Origin: Candidatus Poribacteria bacterium
Lineage (GTDB): Bacteria; Poribacteria; WGA-4E; WGA-3G
Assembly (NCBI GenBank): GCA_965205015.1
Contig: OZ242029.1
Span: 1,600,001 to 1,664,000, forward strand
DNA length: 64,000 nucleotides
Direction: 5' to 3'
A program made the translations under genes and the position numbers. Shown in pieces: positions 62,699 to 64,000 of the stretch. The notes beneath the pieces are model-generated. The model did no database searches, had not been told where the DNA came from, and saw nothing but the letters and a program-made list of their open reading frames with translations. Numbering within the stretch: position 1 is the stretch's first letter; each line of letters begins with the position of its first letter.

Positions 62699-64000
62699 AT
62701 GCAAATGCACGTAGGTGGAGAATGGATTGATAAATCCGATAAAATTGACGTACTGAGTCCTTTTGACGGTTCAGTTGTTGACACCGTTCCCAGGGGGGAC
62801 GCAGCCGACGTCGAGACCGCTATTCAAACTGCTGAACGCGGGGCAAAGATCATGGCGGGTATGACCGGCTATGAACGCTACGAGGTCCTGCGTAAAGTTG
62901 CGGACTTGATGGTGGAACGGGCGGACGAACTCGCCGAGGTGATCACTCGCGAAGAGGGGAAAATCCTCGCCGAGGCGACGATTGAGGCGACACGCGCTTC
63001 CGAAATTATAGCCCTCTCTGCGGAAGAAGCAAAACGGTTGACCGGTGAAACGATTCCTCTTGAAGGCGCGCCGGGTGTGAAAGACAAACTCGGCTTTACA
63101 GTACGCATGCCGTGTGGTATCGTCGCTGGTATTAGTCCCTTCAACTTCCCACTGCACCTCGTTTGTCACAAGGCAGGTCCCGCAATTGCTGGTGGAAATG
63201 CTATTATCATCAAACCTGCGACGGACACACCCCTCTCCGCACTGAAGCTGGTGGAACTCTTTTTAGAAGCAGGGACCCCGCCTGAGGCGATTCAGTGTGT
63301 GACAGGTCCCGGCGGCGAAATCGGTGATACCCTTTGTGCGGATCAGCGCGTCCGGAAGATTACCTTTACGGGTAGCCGTGATGTCGGCGAGCATATCTGT
63401 AAGGTCGCCGGATTAAAGCGTGTCACGATGGAACTCGGCTCGAATTCACCGCTCATCGTTATGCCCGATGCGGATCCCGAAAAGGTCGCGCGTGCAGCAG
63501 CGGCATCCGGTTATTCCAATGCAGGACAGGTCTGTATCTCAACACAGCGCGTCATCGCACATGAAAAAATCTACGGTGATTTCTTAGATGCTTTCCAGGC
63601 GGAAGTTACCCAGATTAGCACCGGTGACCCACTCGCAGAAGGGACACGGATGGGACCGATGATTCGCGAAGGCGATGCGACTCGTGTTGCCGAATGGATT
63701 CAGGAGGCTGTCTCGGATGGCGCAGAACTCCTCACCGGTGGCGATAAGCAGGATCAATTTGTTACGCCTGCCATCCTTGCCAACGTCAAGCCAGAGATGA
63801 AGATCTCCTGTGATGAGGTCTTCGGACCGGCAGTCGGTGTAACGCGCGTTAATGACATTGACGAAGCGATCGCCCTCGCCAACGATACGAATTACGGACT
63901 GAGTGCCGCGATCTTCACACAGAACGTTGATTGGGCAATGAAGTTTGTCCGTGAGGTCGAATCTGGCAACCTGATGGTGAACTGGGGCACGCAGTGGCGT
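62699..64000 (+). CDS. Aldehyde dehydrogenase family protein (3' end beyond the window)
   Basis: MQMHVGGEWIDK..., SPFNFP, IKPATDTP, FTGS, MELGSNSP, catalytic NAGQVC, EVFGP and YGLSAAIFT. The frame stays open to the window edge. Confidence 0.93.
   Translation, partial: MQMHVGGEWIDKSDKIDVLSPFDGSVVDTVPRGDAADVETAIQTAERGAKIMAGMTGYERYEVLRKVADLMVERADELAEVITREEGKILAEATIEATRASEIIALSAEEAKRLTGETIPLEGAPGVKDKLGFTVRMPCGIVAGISPFNFPLHLVCHKAGPAIAGGNAIIIKPATDTPLSALKLVELFLEAGTPPEAIQCVTGPGGEIGDTLCADQRVRKITFTGSRDVGEHICKVAGLKRVTMELGSNSPLIVMPDADPEKVARAAAASGYSNAGQVCISTQRVIAHEKIYGDFLDAFQAEVTQISTGDPLAEGTRMGPMIREGDATRVAEWIQEAVSDGAELLTGGDKQDQFVTPAILANVKPEMKISCDEVFGPAVGVTRVNDIDEAIALANDTNYGLSAAIFTQNVDWAMKFVREVESGNLMVNWGTQWR

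Overview
Bacterial chromosomal window of about 50% GC. It most likely comes from Candidatus Poribacteria; this is inferred from LamG proteins with 'KLTTTWG.LK' tails, several PhyH and enolase-family genes, and the characteristic heptamer/REP repeats. Housekeeping genes: hisC, rpe, apt, tRNA-Arg(CCT), secD, secF, mnmA, miaA. Carbohydrate enzymes: GH2, PL1-like, GH32 and Zn-dependent polyol dehydrogenases. Other content: a 2280-aa SprA/Sov-like outer-membrane protein next to secreted proteins sharing a C-terminal TW(G/A) tail, an IS4-family element with a 10-bp TSD, three tnpB-only IS200/IS605 elements plus one truncated remnant, and a DUF488-DUF488-(OB-fold/RecQ) operon beside an AAA-PD(D/E)XK gene and a degraded hicBA pair. 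Five observations stand out. (1) A ~95-nt leader with compensatory base changes and a predicted pseudoknot lies between the promoter and the start codon of all four tnpB loci, although their proteins are divergent. (2) One tnpB element inserted in codon 2 of a lipoprotein gene, and its right end supplies an in-frame SD+ATG. (3) The SprA-like gene and TW(G/A) tails suggest a candidate translocon/sorting-signal export system. (4) Intergenic repeats are inserted in frame into proteins or form translation-initiation regions. (5) A diverged duplicate of the hisC 3' end marks a probable integration site. All family assignments come from motif recognition only; no database searches were run.
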